DNA of 63,932 nt, the filler included, from Nitrospinota bacterium (lineage in GTDB: Bacteria > JAUXIQ01), in assembly GCA_030620925.1 (NCBI GenBank). It is 13 parts of 13 records of this genome, joined end to end, with 100 filler letters (N's around TTAATTAATTAA, not from the genome) between each part and the next. Parts side by side here need not be neighbours in the genome. Positions count along the whole stretch, not along the records: positions 47,470 to 55,263 come from JAUXIQ010000080.1; positions 55,364 to 58,318 come from JAUXIQ010000382.1; positions 58,419 to 60,979 come from JAUXIQ010000440.1; 10 more parts are not named here. One strand, written 5' to 3'. Position numbers and translations under genes: made by a program. Shown here one piece after another: positions 49,616 to 59,175 of this stretch (position 1 is the first letter of the stretch; every line of letters starts with the position of its first letter). Below the pieces are notes generated by a model. The model was given only the letters and a program-made list of their open reading frames with translations, searched no databases and had not been told where the DNA came from.

Positions 49616-50443
49616 ATGAGATTGAATAATCTGATATTTATAGCCGGCTTGGGGTTTTTCATGATCTCGTTCTTCATAGTGGGGATCCTGCCCTGGATTC
49701 AGGGCGCCGACTTAAAGCCCGCGCCTTACCTCACCGACTATAACGAAATTGAGAGCCTGGGACGCAAAATTTATATCCGGGAAGTATGCTGGCACTGCCA
49801 TACCCAGTTTGTCAGGCCGGTGGGAGGCGAAAGCGAGAGGTACGGGCCCGTCTCCTCGATCAACGAGTACGTTTACGACAAACCGCAACTGTTCGGCACC
49901 AGGAGGATCGGCCCCGATCTGGCCCGGGAAGGGGGCAAGAGGACGGACGGGTGGCATACGGCGCATCTGAAAAACCCCCAGGCGCTGGTCTCCGCATCGG
50001 TGATGCCCAAATATACATGGCTGACCGATGAGGAAGTAAAAGCGCTCACAGCCTATCTGCAGAAGCTGGGCACGGGGATAGGCGATTGGCGCGCCGCCAG
50101 GGCGGCTGAAGCGGCGCCCAAAGAAGAGGAGAAAGGGGTCGATAAGGCTCCAGTGGCGGTTTCGGCGGAATTGCTGGCCAAGGGGAAACAGGTCTATCAG
50201 CAGCTCTGCGTCGGCTGCCACGGCCCCAATGGAGACGGCAAAGGCCCGGTGGCCGCAGCACTCACGCCCAAACCGGCGGATTTCACGGACGACGAATGGA
50301 AACAGGGTGGAACCGACCGGGAAGTTTTCAACACCATCACCAGGGGCGTCCCCGGCACGGCCATGCCCCCCTTCGGGGCGCAGCTCAGCGAGGGAGACCG
50401 CCGGGGTCTCGTATTTTACGTTAAATCATTTTCCGAAAAGTGA
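49616..50443 (+). CDS. ccoO: cbb3-type oxidase subunit II fused to an extra cytochrome c domain
   Basis: CWHCHTQFVRP, GTRRIGPDL, S.MP; second heme site CVGCH with distal Met (TAMP). Confidence 0.9.
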   Translation: MRLNNLIFIAGLGFFMISFFIVGILPWIQGADLKPAPYLTDYNEIESLGRKIYIREVCWHCHTQFVRPVGGESERYGPVSSINEYVYDKPQLFGTRRIGPDLAREGGKRTDGWHTAHLKNPQALVSASVMPKYTWLTDEEVKALTAYLQKLGTGIGDWRAARAAEAAPKEEEKGVDKAPVAVSAELLAKGKQVYQQLCVGCHGPNGDGKGPVAAALTPKPADFTDDEWKQGGTDREVFNTITRGVPGTAMPPFGAQLSEGDRRGLVFYVKSFSEK

Positions 50444-50496
50444 GCAATCGAACCAGAGGAGTAATAAATTAATTAGAAACGGGGAGTCGATTTAAA

Positions 50497-50628
50497 ATGA
50501 CAGACCATAAATACGAACATTTCGACATCGAAGAGAAAGAAGGTAAGGTTCCCGGCTGGCTCAAGGTGGTATACGTGATAATGATCGTATGGGCCGGCAT
50601 CTATTTAGCCCTCTATCTGCGACCCTGA
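50497..50628 (+). CDS. 43-aa membrane peptide resembling the CcoP N-terminal anchor
   Basis: GGGGAG RBS; MTDHKYEHFDIEEKEGKVPGWLKVVYVIMIVWAGIYLALYLRP; not in the ORF track. Confidence 0.7.
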   Translation: MTDHKYEHFDIEEKEGKVPGWLKVVYVIMIVWAGIYLALYLRP

Positions 50629-50850
50629 ACGGCGGCCAAGGTGTACAGAGTCGTATATACTACATTCATCTTCATTTATTGATTTATATCCTTCCTTTTG
50701 ATAACCTATTTCAACTTGTAAAGCAGGCGGCTCACTCTGAAACCCGACTGCGGCGGGTTGTTCAGAAAGATTTTTCGAGCAGATATGTTCGCAGTAAAAA
50801 AATTATCCGCTTCATGAAATCGAGCGGGTAAATTTCAAGAGGAGGTTGAG

Positions 50851-51276
50851 ATGACATCGAGCGGAATTCGCTGGGCGGCTGGACTGGGGGTGATTGCAGC
50901 CTTCCTTCTGGTCGGCACAACACAATGGATAGAAAACGCAAACACCGGGTTGATGAACCCCTTAGTCGAAAAGGCTTACGCCGATGAAAAAAAAGCCACT
51001 CCGGAAATGATAGAGAAGGGTAAAAGTATCTACGCCACACTCTGCGTAAGCTGCCACGGCCTCAACGGCGACGGCAAGGGTCCGGTGGCTGCTGCGTTGA
51101 CACCCAAACCCGCGGATTTCAACAGCGGTCAATGGAAATACGGGGGCAGCCCCCAGAAGATATACGATACGATCACTAAAGGTATTCCTGGAACGACTAT
51201 GGTCCCCTTCGGCGGCCAGATGGGCGAGGACGACCGGTGGGCGGTGGTGTTTTACGTCAAGTCCTTCTCAAAGTAG
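50851..51276 (+). CDS. Monoheme cytochrome c
   Basis: Signal/TM segment, CVSCH, GTTM; paralog of the CcoO C-terminal domain. Confidence 0.9.
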   Translation: MTSSGIRWAAGLGVIAAFLLVGTTQWIENANTGLMNPLVEKAYADEKKATPEMIEKGKSIYATLCVSCHGLNGDGKGPVAAALTPKPADFNSGQWKYGGSPQKIYDTITKGIPGTTMVPFGGQMGEDDRWAVVFYVKSFSK

Positions 51277-51390
51277 GGTCGGCTTCGCCTGCCGCGGGGC
51301 GATCGCTCCTGCTCACCCTCTCGTTTGTGAAGACCGGGGCCGGGTGAGTGTGGCATCAGTCGATCCCCGAGGTGGATACTGTGAATAATC

Positions 51391-52401
51391 ATGCAGGGTG
51401 AAATAGCCAAACTGGTTGACGGACGGAACCTCACGGAGGAAGAAGCGCGTTGCGCCATGGAGGCCATCATGGACGGTGAAGCTACACCGGCCCAGATCGC
51501 CGCCTTCATGGTGGCCCTCAAGATGAAAGGGGAAACGCCGGACGAGATAGCAGGGTGTGCTAAAGCCATGCGGGCCAGGGCCTCGGTTATAGAGGTCGAT
51601 GCACCCCTCCTGGTAGATACCTGCGGGACAGGCGGTGACGGCGCCCACACCTTCAACATCTCCACCACCGCCGCCTTCGTAGTGGCCGGTGCGGGGGTAT
51701 ACGTGGCCAAACACGGAAACCGGGGCGTCTCCAGCAAGTGTGGCAGCGCCGATCTGCTGGAAGCGCTTGATGTTAAGATCGATTTGGAGCCCCTGCGGGT
51801 CAAAGCCTGCATAGAGGAGGTGGGTATCGGCTTTATGTTCGCCCCCGTCTTTCACCAGGCCATGAAACACGCCGCCGGACCCAGAAAAGAGGTGGGCCAG
51901 CGCACCATTTTTAACCTCCTGGGCCCCCTCACCAATCCCGCAGGCGCCTCCTGCCAGATAATCGGGGTATACGCCCCGGGACTCACCGGTCTCCTGGCGG
52001 AGGTGTTGAAAAAGTTAGGGCATAGCAGAGGCTTCGTGGTCCACGGCATGGAGGGACTGGACGAAATCTCCAACACCGGTGAGACGCTGATAGCGGAGCT
52101 GCGCGACGGGGTGGTTAAAACCTATTCCCTTCACCCCCGGGAACTGGGCATAGACGTCGCCGGCCTGGATGATCTCGCCGGCGGCACGGCGCGGGATAAC
52201 GCGAATATAACCCTTAATATATTAAAGGGAGAAAGAGGGCATCGCACCGATGTGGTGCTCATCAACGCCGCCGCGGCACTCGTCGCGGCGGAGGCGGCTC
52301 CTTCCCTCAAAGAGGGCGTATCCGTGGCCAGGGAATCCCTGGAATCGGGGGCCGCGCTGGGGAAACTTGATGCGCTGAGAGAGTTTTGCAGCGGAGGGTG
52401 A
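51391..52401 (+). CDS. trpD: Anthranilate phosphoribosyltransferase
   Basis: DTCGTGGD, FNIST, KHGNR, RTIFNLLGPL.NP. Confidence 0.97.
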   Translation: MQGEIAKLVDGRNLTEEEARCAMEAIMDGEATPAQIAAFMVALKMKGETPDEIAGCAKAMRARASVIEVDAPLLVDTCGTGGDGAHTFNISTTAAFVVAGAGVYVAKHGNRGVSSKCGSADLLEALDVKIDLEPLRVKACIEEVGIGFMFAPVFHQAMKHAAGPRKEVGQRTIFNLLGPLTNPAGASCQIIGVYAPGLTGLLAEVLKKLGHSRGFVVHGMEGLDEISNTGETLIAELRDGVVKTYSLHPRELGIDVAGLDDLAGGTARDNANITLNILKGERGHRTDVVLINAAAALVAAEAAPSLKEGVSVARESLESGAALGKLDALREFCSGG

Positions 52402-52403
52402 AA

Positions 52404-53216
52404 ATGCTGCGCCGAATAGTCAACGATAAGTTGGAAGAGCTGGCGCTGGCCAAAACCAGGCAACCGCTTAATGAAGTCAAGGCCAGGGCAGTAGATGCGC
52501 CTCCGGTGAGGTGCCTGTTGCAGTGCCTGGGAAGCGCCCCCGAAGAGTATATGCCGATTTACAAAATCATCGCCGAGATAAAAAAAGCATCCCCATCGCG
52601 TGGCGTTATAAAGGAGGATATGAACCACTGCGACATTGCCGCACAGTATCAGGAATGCGGCGCCGCGGCCATATCCGTTCTCACCGAACGAAAATATTTC
52701 GGAGGCGAGCCGGAGCATATCCAGTCCATAAGGGAGACGTGCGGCATACCTATTCTGAGAAAAGATTTCATCTTCGATATGTACCAGCTATACGAGGCCC
52801 GGGCCTGGGGTGCGGACTCCGTTCTGCTCATCGCGGCGATACTGGATGTGGAGCAGATAGTGGACCTCTTCTTCGAGGCCACCGAGTTAGGAATGCACCC
52901 CTTGATCGAGATACATGATGAGGAGGATATGGAAAAGGCACTTGCCGTGCCCTGCAGGCTGCTGGGTATAAACAACAGGGACCTCAAGACTTTCAAAACA
53001 GATATCACCAACACACTGAGGCTTATTAACCACGTTCCCGACGACAGGCTGGTGGTGAGTGAGAGCGGCATTAAGAGCCTGGATGACTTGAAGGAGCTAA
53101 GTGCGGCCGGTGTGCGCGGTTTCCTCATCGGTGAGCTTTTCATGGCAGAGGAAAGGCCCGGGGATAAACTGAGGGAGCTGCTGGGATTGCAAAGGCCCGC
53201 CTCCGGCGAAAAGTGA
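52404..53216 (+). CDS. trpC: Indole-3-glycerol phosphate synthase
   Basis: IAEIKKASPSRG, LRKDFI, GINNRDL, SESGI. Confidence 0.97.
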   Translation: MLRRIVNDKLEELALAKTRQPLNEVKARAVDAPPVRCLLQCLGSAPEEYMPIYKIIAEIKKASPSRGVIKEDMNHCDIAAQYQECGAAAISVLTERKYFGGEPEHIQSIRETCGIPILRKDFIFDMYQLYEARAWGADSVLLIAAILDVEQIVDLFFEATELGMHPLIEIHDEEDMEKALAVPCRLLGINNRDLKTFKTDITNTLRLINHVPDDRLVVSESGIKSLDDLKELSAAGVRGFLIGELFMAEERPGDKLRELLGLQRPASGEK

Positions 53217-53836
53217 TGGTTAAGGTCAAAATCTGCGGAATCACGACAGAAGATGATGCCCGGGCCGCCGTTGAAGCTGGAGCGGACGCCGTGGGGTTTG
53301 TGCTCTATCCCGAAAGCCCCAGGTATATCACCGTCGGTGATGCCGGCAGGATAGCCCGCTCGCTGCCCCCCTTCATAACCACGGTGGGTCTCTTCGTGAA
53401 TGAGGACCCATTGACGGTTAATAAGTATATGGATGAGGCGGGTCTCGGCGTGGCTCAGCTCCACGGCGACGAGACGGCCCCCATGTGTGAAGAAGTCCGC
53501 AGGCCGGTGATTAAAGCGGTTCGCGCTGCGAGTGAAGAAGACCTGAGTGAGATGGGGTCGTACCAAGTGGTGGCTTTTCTTCTGGATGCCAGGGTCGAGG
53601 GCCTGTACGGTGGGACGGGCAGGACCTCCTCCTGGGAGGTGGCCGTCCGGGCCAGGGAATACGGGAGGATAATACTGGCCGGAGGATTGTCGTCTGAGAA
53701 CGTTGCCCGGGCGGTCAGCCACGTGCGGCCTTATGGTGTGGATGTGAGCACGGGTGTGGAGTCCTCCCCCGGCCGGAAAGACCATCGTAAAATCGAGGAG
53801 TTCATCCGGGAAGCCAAAAACGCCGTAACAGATTGA
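53216..53836 (+). CDS. trpF: Phosphoribosylanthranilate isomerase
   Basis: KICGIT, QLHGDE, GGTG, LAGGL, DVSTGVE. Confidence 0.97.
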   Translation: MVKVKICGITTEDDARAAVEAGADAVGFVLYPESPRYITVGDAGRIARSLPPFITTVGLFVNEDPLTVNKYMDEAGLGVAQLHGDETAPMCEEVRRPVIKAVRAASEEDLSEMGSYQVVAFLLDARVEGLYGGTGRTSSWEVAVRAREYGRIILAGGLSSENVARAVSHVRPYGVDVSTGVESSPGRKDHRKIEEFIREAKNAVTD

Positions 53837-53849
53837 GAGAGAACGGAAA

Positions 53850-55049
53850 ATGGAAAGCAGAGGGTTACCCGATGCCCGGGGATATTTCGAGGCCTTCGGG
53901 GGCAGGTTCGTCCCCGAGACGGTGATAACCGCCCTCGAGGAATTGGAGCGCGCCTACAGGGACGCCCAAGGGGATTCCTCCTTCCAGGCCCGGCTGGATG
54001 ACTGCCTCCGCCAGTATGCCGGACGCCCCACGCCGCTCTATCGCGCCGACAACCTCACCCGTCTGTGGGGCGGCGCCAGTGTCTATCTCAAGCGCGAGGA
54101 CCTCTGCCACACCGGCGCCCATAAGATAAATAACACCCTGGGCCAGGCCCTCCTGACCATGCACATGGGCAAAAAGCGGGTCATAGCGGAGACGGGCGCC
54201 GGACAACACGGCGTGGCCACCGCCACGGTCGCCGCCCTGTTCGGCCTCGAATGCGAGATATACATGGGCGAGGAGGACATCAGGCGGCAATCCCTCAACG
54301 TGTTCAAGATGAAGCTGCTGGGAGGGGTGGTGATCCCCGTTTCTTCAGGGAGCCGCACGCTCAAGGACGCCGTCAACGAGGCCATGCGTGATTGGGTCAC
54401 CAACATAGAGACCACCCATTACATCCTGGGCTCGGTGGTCGGGCCGCATCCCTATCCCTTGATGGTGAGGGATTTCCAGGCGGTCATAGGGCGGGAGACC
54501 ATCGAGCAGATGAATCATGCCGAGGGAAAGCTCCCCGACTGCTGCCTTGCCTGCGTGGGAGGCGGAAGCAACGCCATGGGTATGTTCCACCCCTTTTTGT
54601 CGCACGAGGAGGTGAAGCTGATAGGCGTGGAGGCGGCGGGGTACGGCCTGGATACCGACAAGCACGCCGCCCCCCTGGCGGTGGGTACGCCGGGGGTCCT
54701 CCACGGCAGCATGAGCTACCTGATGCAAGATGAAAACGGCCTCATAACGGTTCCCCATTCGGTTTCCGCGGGGTTGGACTACCCCGGTGTGGGCCCCGAG
54801 CACAGCTACCTCAAAGCCAGCGGGAGGGTTGAATATACCTCCGCCTCGGATAGGGAAGCGCTGGAGGCATTCAAGCTGTTGGCCGAGCAGGAGGGCATAA
54901 TCCCCGCCCTGGAGCCCGCACATGCCCTGGCCCGCGCTCCCGAGATCGCCGCCGAGCTGGGCGAGGGGAAAATACTGGTGATATGTCTTTCCGGCAGAGG
55001 CGATAAGGATATGGGGATCATAGCGGAGGAAATGGGGGTGAGCCTTTGA
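53850..55049 (+). CDS. trpB: Tryptophan synthase beta chain
   Basis: [33 protein letters not shown]. Confidence 0.98.
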   Translation: MESRGLPDARGYFEAFGGRFVPETVITALEELERAYRDAQGDSSFQARLDDCLRQYAGRPTPLYRADNLTRLWGGASVYLKREDLCHTGAHKINNTLGQALLTMHMGKKRVIAETGAGQHGVATATVAALFGLECEIYMGEEDIRRQSLNVFKMKLLGGVVIPVSSGSRTLKDAVNEAMRDWVTNIETTHYILGSVVGPHPYPLMVRDFQAVIGRETIEQMNHAEGKLPDCCLACVGGGSNAMGMFHPFLSHEEVKLIGVEAAGYGLDTDKHAAPLAVGTPGVLHGSMSYLMQDENGLITVPHSVSAGLDYPGVGPEHSYLKASGRVEYTSASDREALEAFKLLAEQEGIIPALEPAHALARAPEIAAELGEGKILVICLSGRGDKDMGIIAEEMGVSL

Positions 55050-55263
55050 GCAGGATAGGAGAGGTATTCCAGGAGCTCAAGAGGCGGGATGAAAAGGCCC
55101 TCATCCCCTATATCACCGCCGGAGACCCCGATCTGGAGACCACGGTCAAGCTAGTGAAGACGCTCGAAGAGAACGGGGCGGATATAGTGGAGCTGGGCAT
55201 TCCCTTCTCCGACCCCATGGCCGACGGCGCCACCATACAGCGCGCCTCGGTGCGGGCGCTGGA
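55046..55263 (+). CDS. trpA: Tryptophan synthase alpha chain, 3' truncated
   Basis: [20 protein letters not shown]. Confidence 0.95.
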
Positions 55264-55415
55264 NNNNNNNNNNNNNNNNNNNNNNNNNNNNNNNNNNNNN
55301 NNNNNNNTTAATTAATTAANNNNNNNNNNNNNNNNNNNNNNNNNNNNNNNNNNNNNNNNNNNNATATTTATTCAACTATAAATAAGCCTCAAGGAAGCCT
55401 CTTTTCCTCTTTACG

Positions 55416-55444
55416 TTGACCACCCCCTCAACGCATGATAAAAT
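55416..55444 (+). promoter_or_regulatory. Putative sigma70 promoter with extended -10
   Basis: TTGACC-N17-TAAAAT with TG in the extended -10 position. Confidence 0.55.
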
Positions 55445-55529
55445 TAAAAAAGAGAGCGGATTTTAAATTTAAGTATATGTATATTACCCATCTAATAGGG
55501 TTTTATGGTATCTAGTGAAAAGGAAAACA

Positions 55530-56900
55530 ATGGAAATTAATCCTCAAATTTTCAGGGAATATGATATCCGGGGTGTGGTGGATGAAGACCTCACCCCTGA
55601 AATGGCCGGACATATAGGATCGGGCTTCGGAACTTATATGCGGCGATTGGGCTGCAGGCGGCTCTCCGTGGGAAGGGACTGCCGGCTCAGCTCCCCCTGG
55701 CTCAAGGACTCACTAGTAGAGGGCCTTATTTCCACCGGATGCGATGTCCTCGACCTGGGGATGGTAACCACGCCCCTGCTCTACTTTTCCCTCCACAACT
55801 CGAACGTGGAGGGAGGGGTTATGATAACCGGCAGCCACAATCCCCCCGATTATAATGGTTTCAAGCTGTGTCAGGGCATAGATTCACTCCACGGAGACGA
55901 CATCCAGAAGGTCAGAAAAATCATCGAAAGCAAAGACTACGAAGAAGGAACCGGAAACTGCGGCAGAGAGGACGTCCTCAACCCTTATATAAGCTACATC
56001 AACCAGAACGTCAAGCTGAACAGGTCTGTTAGGGTAGCCGTGGATTGCGGCAACGGCATGGCAGGTATCGTAGCGCCCCGCCTGTTCCGCGACCTGGGCT
56101 GCAAGGTCACGGAACTATACAGTGAGCCAGACGGAAACTTCCCCAATCACCACCCCGACCCCACAGTCCCCGAATACCTGGAAGACCTTGTAAAAACAGT
56201 GCGTTCCGGCGACGCCGAAGTGGGCATCGCTTTCGATGGCGACGCCGATAGAATCGGAGTGCTGGATCAGGACGGAAAGATAATCTGGGGAGACAAGCTG
56301 CTGCTTTTGCTCGGCAGGGACCTGCTCAAGAGACGACCGGGAGCCAAGATAATCTTCGACGTGAAATGCTCACAGACCCTCGAGGAGGATATTAAAAGGC
56401 ACGGCGGCGTGCCCATAATGTGGAAGAGCGGGCACTCCCTGGTAAAAGCCAAGATGCGCGAGGAGAAGGCACTGCTGGCGGGAGAGATGAGCGGCCATAT
56501 CTTTATGGCAGACGGATACTTCGGCTACGACGACGCCGTATATTCAGCCTGCAGGGTGCTGCGCATGCTCTCAGAGTCCGATAAAAGCATTTCCGAGATG
56601 TTGGCCGACGTGCCCGAGACCTTCTCGACCCCCGAAATAAGGATCGAATGTCCCGATGACGTCAAGTTCGAGCTGATCAGAGAAATATCCGCACATTTTA
56701 AAAAAGAATACAGGACCATAGACATAGACGGCGTACGCATCGTTTTCGAAGACGGTTGGGGCCTCATCCGGGCTTCTAATACCCAGCCGGCACTGGTACT
56801 GAGATTTGAATCCAGGAGTAAAGAGGGACTGGAGAGGATACAGGGACTTATCTACGACTATCTCCGAAGCTTCTCCCAGCTAAAGGACGTCATTCCCTGA
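55530..56900 (+). CDS. Phosphomannomutase/phosphoglucomutase (AlgC-like)
   Basis: FREYDIRG, ITGSHNP, FDGDADR, GEMSGH, RASNT. Confidence 0.95.
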   Translation: MEINPQIFREYDIRGVVDEDLTPEMAGHIGSGFGTYMRRLGCRRLSVGRDCRLSSPWLKDSLVEGLISTGCDVLDLGMVTTPLLYFSLHNSNVEGGVMITGSHNPPDYNGFKLCQGIDSLHGDDIQKVRKIIESKDYEEGTGNCGREDVLNPYISYINQNVKLNRSVRVAVDCGNGMAGIVAPRLFRDLGCKVTELYSEPDGNFPNHHPDPTVPEYLEDLVKTVRSGDAEVGIAFDGDADRIGVLDQDGKIIWGDKLLLLLGRDLLKRRPGAKIIFDVKCSQTLEEDIKRHGGVPIMWKSGHSLVKAKMREEKALLAGEMSGHIFMADGYFGYDDAVYSACRVLRMLSESDKSISEMLADVPETFSTPEIRIECPDDVKFELIREISAHFKKEYRTIDIDGVRIVFEDGWGLIRASNTQPALVLRFESRSKEGLERIQGLIYDYLRSFSQLKDVIP

Positions 56901-56957
56901 TCAACAGCGCTCCCATCCATATCAACGTTTTCTCCTGTGTAAATATGCGGAGGTGTT

Positions 56958-57539
56958 GTGCTTAAAAGACTGTACGACTGGGTGCTGCATTGGGCCGAAA
57001 CTCCTTACGGCGTATGGGCGCTGCTGGTGCTGGCCTTCAGCGAATCCTCCTTCTTTCCCATACCCCCAGATGTCCTCCTCATAGCTCTGGCCATCTCCAT
57101 TCCCCGCAAATCACTCAACTACGCATTGGTCTGCACGGCGGGGAGCGTCGCGGGAGGGGCATTCGGCTACTTCCTCGGTCTGAAGCTTATGGAGTCCGTG
57201 GGCATACCGATCATCAACTTCTACGGTGCCATGGAACAGTATGAAAAACTAAAGATTCTGTATCACCAGTATGATGTATGGGTAGTGGCCACCGCGGGCT
57301 TTACCATAATACCCTACAAACTGATAACGATAACCGCGGGGGCGGTTAACCTGGACTTCAGTAATTTCATCATTACTTCAGCAGCCAGCAGGGCGGCCAG
57401 ATTTTTCCTGGTGGCCGCGCTGATATTTCGTTACGGCGAGCCCATTAAGGCTTTCATAGAGAAGTATTTCAATATCCTCTCGGTGCTGTTCATTATACTG
57501 CTGGTTGGTGGTTTCCTATTGATCAAATTCTTTTTTTAA
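56958..57539 (+). CDS. YqaA/DedA family membrane protein
   Basis: ESSFFPIPPD, IPYK, RFFL. Confidence 0.9.
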   Translation: MLKRLYDWVLHWAETPYGVWALLVLAFSESSFFPIPPDVLLIALAISIPRKSLNYALVCTAGSVAGGAFGYFLGLKLMESVGIPIINFYGAMEQYEKLKILYHQYDVWVVATAGFTIIPYKLITITAGAVNLDFSNFIITSAASRAARFFLVAALIFRYGEPIKAFIEKYFNILSVLFIILLVGGFLLIKFFF

Positions 57540-57602
57540 TTGGAAAGAGCTTTTTTGAGTCGGGGTATCACAGAAAAGTTTCCACATGAGGAGGTGCTCC
57601 AG

Positions 57603-58318
57603 ATGTATGCGGTGATAATGGCCGGCGGCGCGGGCAGGCGGTTCTGGCCGCTGAGCAGGAGCAAACGGCCCAAACAATTTTTAAACATTCTGGGCGAAGA
57701 CACCCTTTTGAATCAGACCGCCGAACGCCTGCTCCCGCTGATCGACCGGCAAAAGACCATCGTGCTGACGGGCATGGAGCACTACAAGGAGGCGCTCAAT
57801 GAGCTGCCTCAGATACCCGGGGAAAACGTGATAGCCGAACCGGAAGGCAAGAACACCGCCGCCTGCATGGCTCTGGGCGCGGTTGCGGTAAAAATGCGTG
57901 ATCCGGACGGGGTGATGGCCCTCCTTCCCGCGGACCACTATATAAGGGACACCGAGAGCTTCAGGAAGGCGCTCGAAGCGGCGGGAGAAATAGCGCTCCT
58001 GGGTGAGCATCTTGTTACCCTGGGCGTGGAGCCCACTCATCCGGAAACGGGATACGGCTACATCGCCAAGGAGAAGCGGGCTTATACCGAGGGAGAGTTC
58101 GAGGTTTACAAGGCCGTCCGCTTTGAGGAAAAACCGGATGCCAGGCGGGCGAAGCAGTTCCTCCGGGATCGCAAGCATCTCTGGAACAGCGGGATGTTCG
58201 TACTCTCCGTCAAAACCGCCTACAAACTACTGGAACGCCACATGCCCCGTCTCTATAAGGAAATGTTGAAATTAGAGGACGCCGCGGCCCGAGGCGCTTT
58301 TGAGAAGGTTATCTCCGA
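57603..58318 (+). CDS. manC: Mannose-1-phosphate guanylyltransferase, 3' truncated
   Basis: MAGG.G.RFWPLSR..PKQFL, PADH, TGYGYI, EKP, WNSGMF. Confidence 0.92.
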
Positions 58319-58418
58319 NNNNNNNNNNNNNNNNNNNNNNNNNNNNNNNNNNNNNNNNNNNNTTAATTAATTAANNNNNNNNNNNNNNNNNNNNNNNNNN
58401 NNNNNNNNNNNNNNNNNN

Positions 58419-58577
58419 AACGGCGACGCCCATCTCAAGCGGCAGGTAATGGGGCGGGAAGTGGTGGTGGCCATAACCGAAGGACGGCTCGACTTCGGGC
58501 CCTGGGAGCAGATTTTTTACGGTGAGTTCGACGGCGGCAGGCGCAAGAGGGCGCTCATAAAGATCATCGGCGAATAA
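58419..58577 (+). CDS. YjbQ/UPF0047 family protein, 3' end
   Basis: NGDAHLK...[13 protein letters not shown]. Confidence 0.88.
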   Translation, partial: NGDAHLKRQVMGREVVVAITEGRLDFGPWEQIFYGEFDGGRRKRALIKIIGE

Positions 58578-58667
58578 CTCCCTGGCAGATGGGTGTGGAA
58601 CGCAACTCGGCGGGCAAGGAACAGTATATAAATCTTTGGATTTTGATATCAGAATGGTTGGGCGACC

Positions 58668-59144
58668 ATGAGACGAGCGGAGAAAGCTATAACCGACAGG
58701 GCGGCGATGGATGAGTTGCTGGATAAAGCGGAAGTGGGGCGGATGGGGACGTGCGCCGATGGGGTTCCTTATATAACGCCGGTGAACTTCGCCCACCGGG
58801 GGGACAAAATATATATTCATTGTGCGTTGGAGGGGCGGAAGATAGATAACATCCGAGCTAACCCTCAGGTCTGCTTCGAGGTGGACGAGCCGCTGGGAAC
58901 GGTGGTAACGGGGGAGAGCGGCTGTGAGGTGAGCTATTCCTATCGCAGCGCGATCATTCAGGGACGGGCGCGTATGGTGGAAGACGAGGCGGAAAAGAAA
59001 GAGGCCCTCGATATTCTGCTCCAGAAGTTTGAGCCGGGTAAAGTCGGCCTCGAATTCCAGCCGTCCATTTTCGGCAAGACCGCGGTCATAGAGATCAGTA
59101 TAGAGGAAATATCCGGGAAACAGTCGTTTCCGGAGCCGGCATGA
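58668..59144 (+). CDS. Pyridoxamine 5'-phosphate oxidase-family (NimA-like) flavin-binding protein
   Basis: PYITPVNF, IYIHC..EGRK, NPQVCFEV, YRS.I..G. Confidence 0.88.
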   Translation: MRRAEKAITDRAAMDELLDKAEVGRMGTCADGVPYITPVNFAHRGDKIYIHCALEGRKIDNIRANPQVCFEVDEPLGTVVTGESGCEVSYSYRSAIIQGRARMVEDEAEKKEALDILLQKFEPGKVGLEFQPSIFGKTAVIEISIEEISGKQSFPEPA

Positions 59145-59175
59145 AAAATTGTCTTGAAAGATACGGAGGTGGAAG

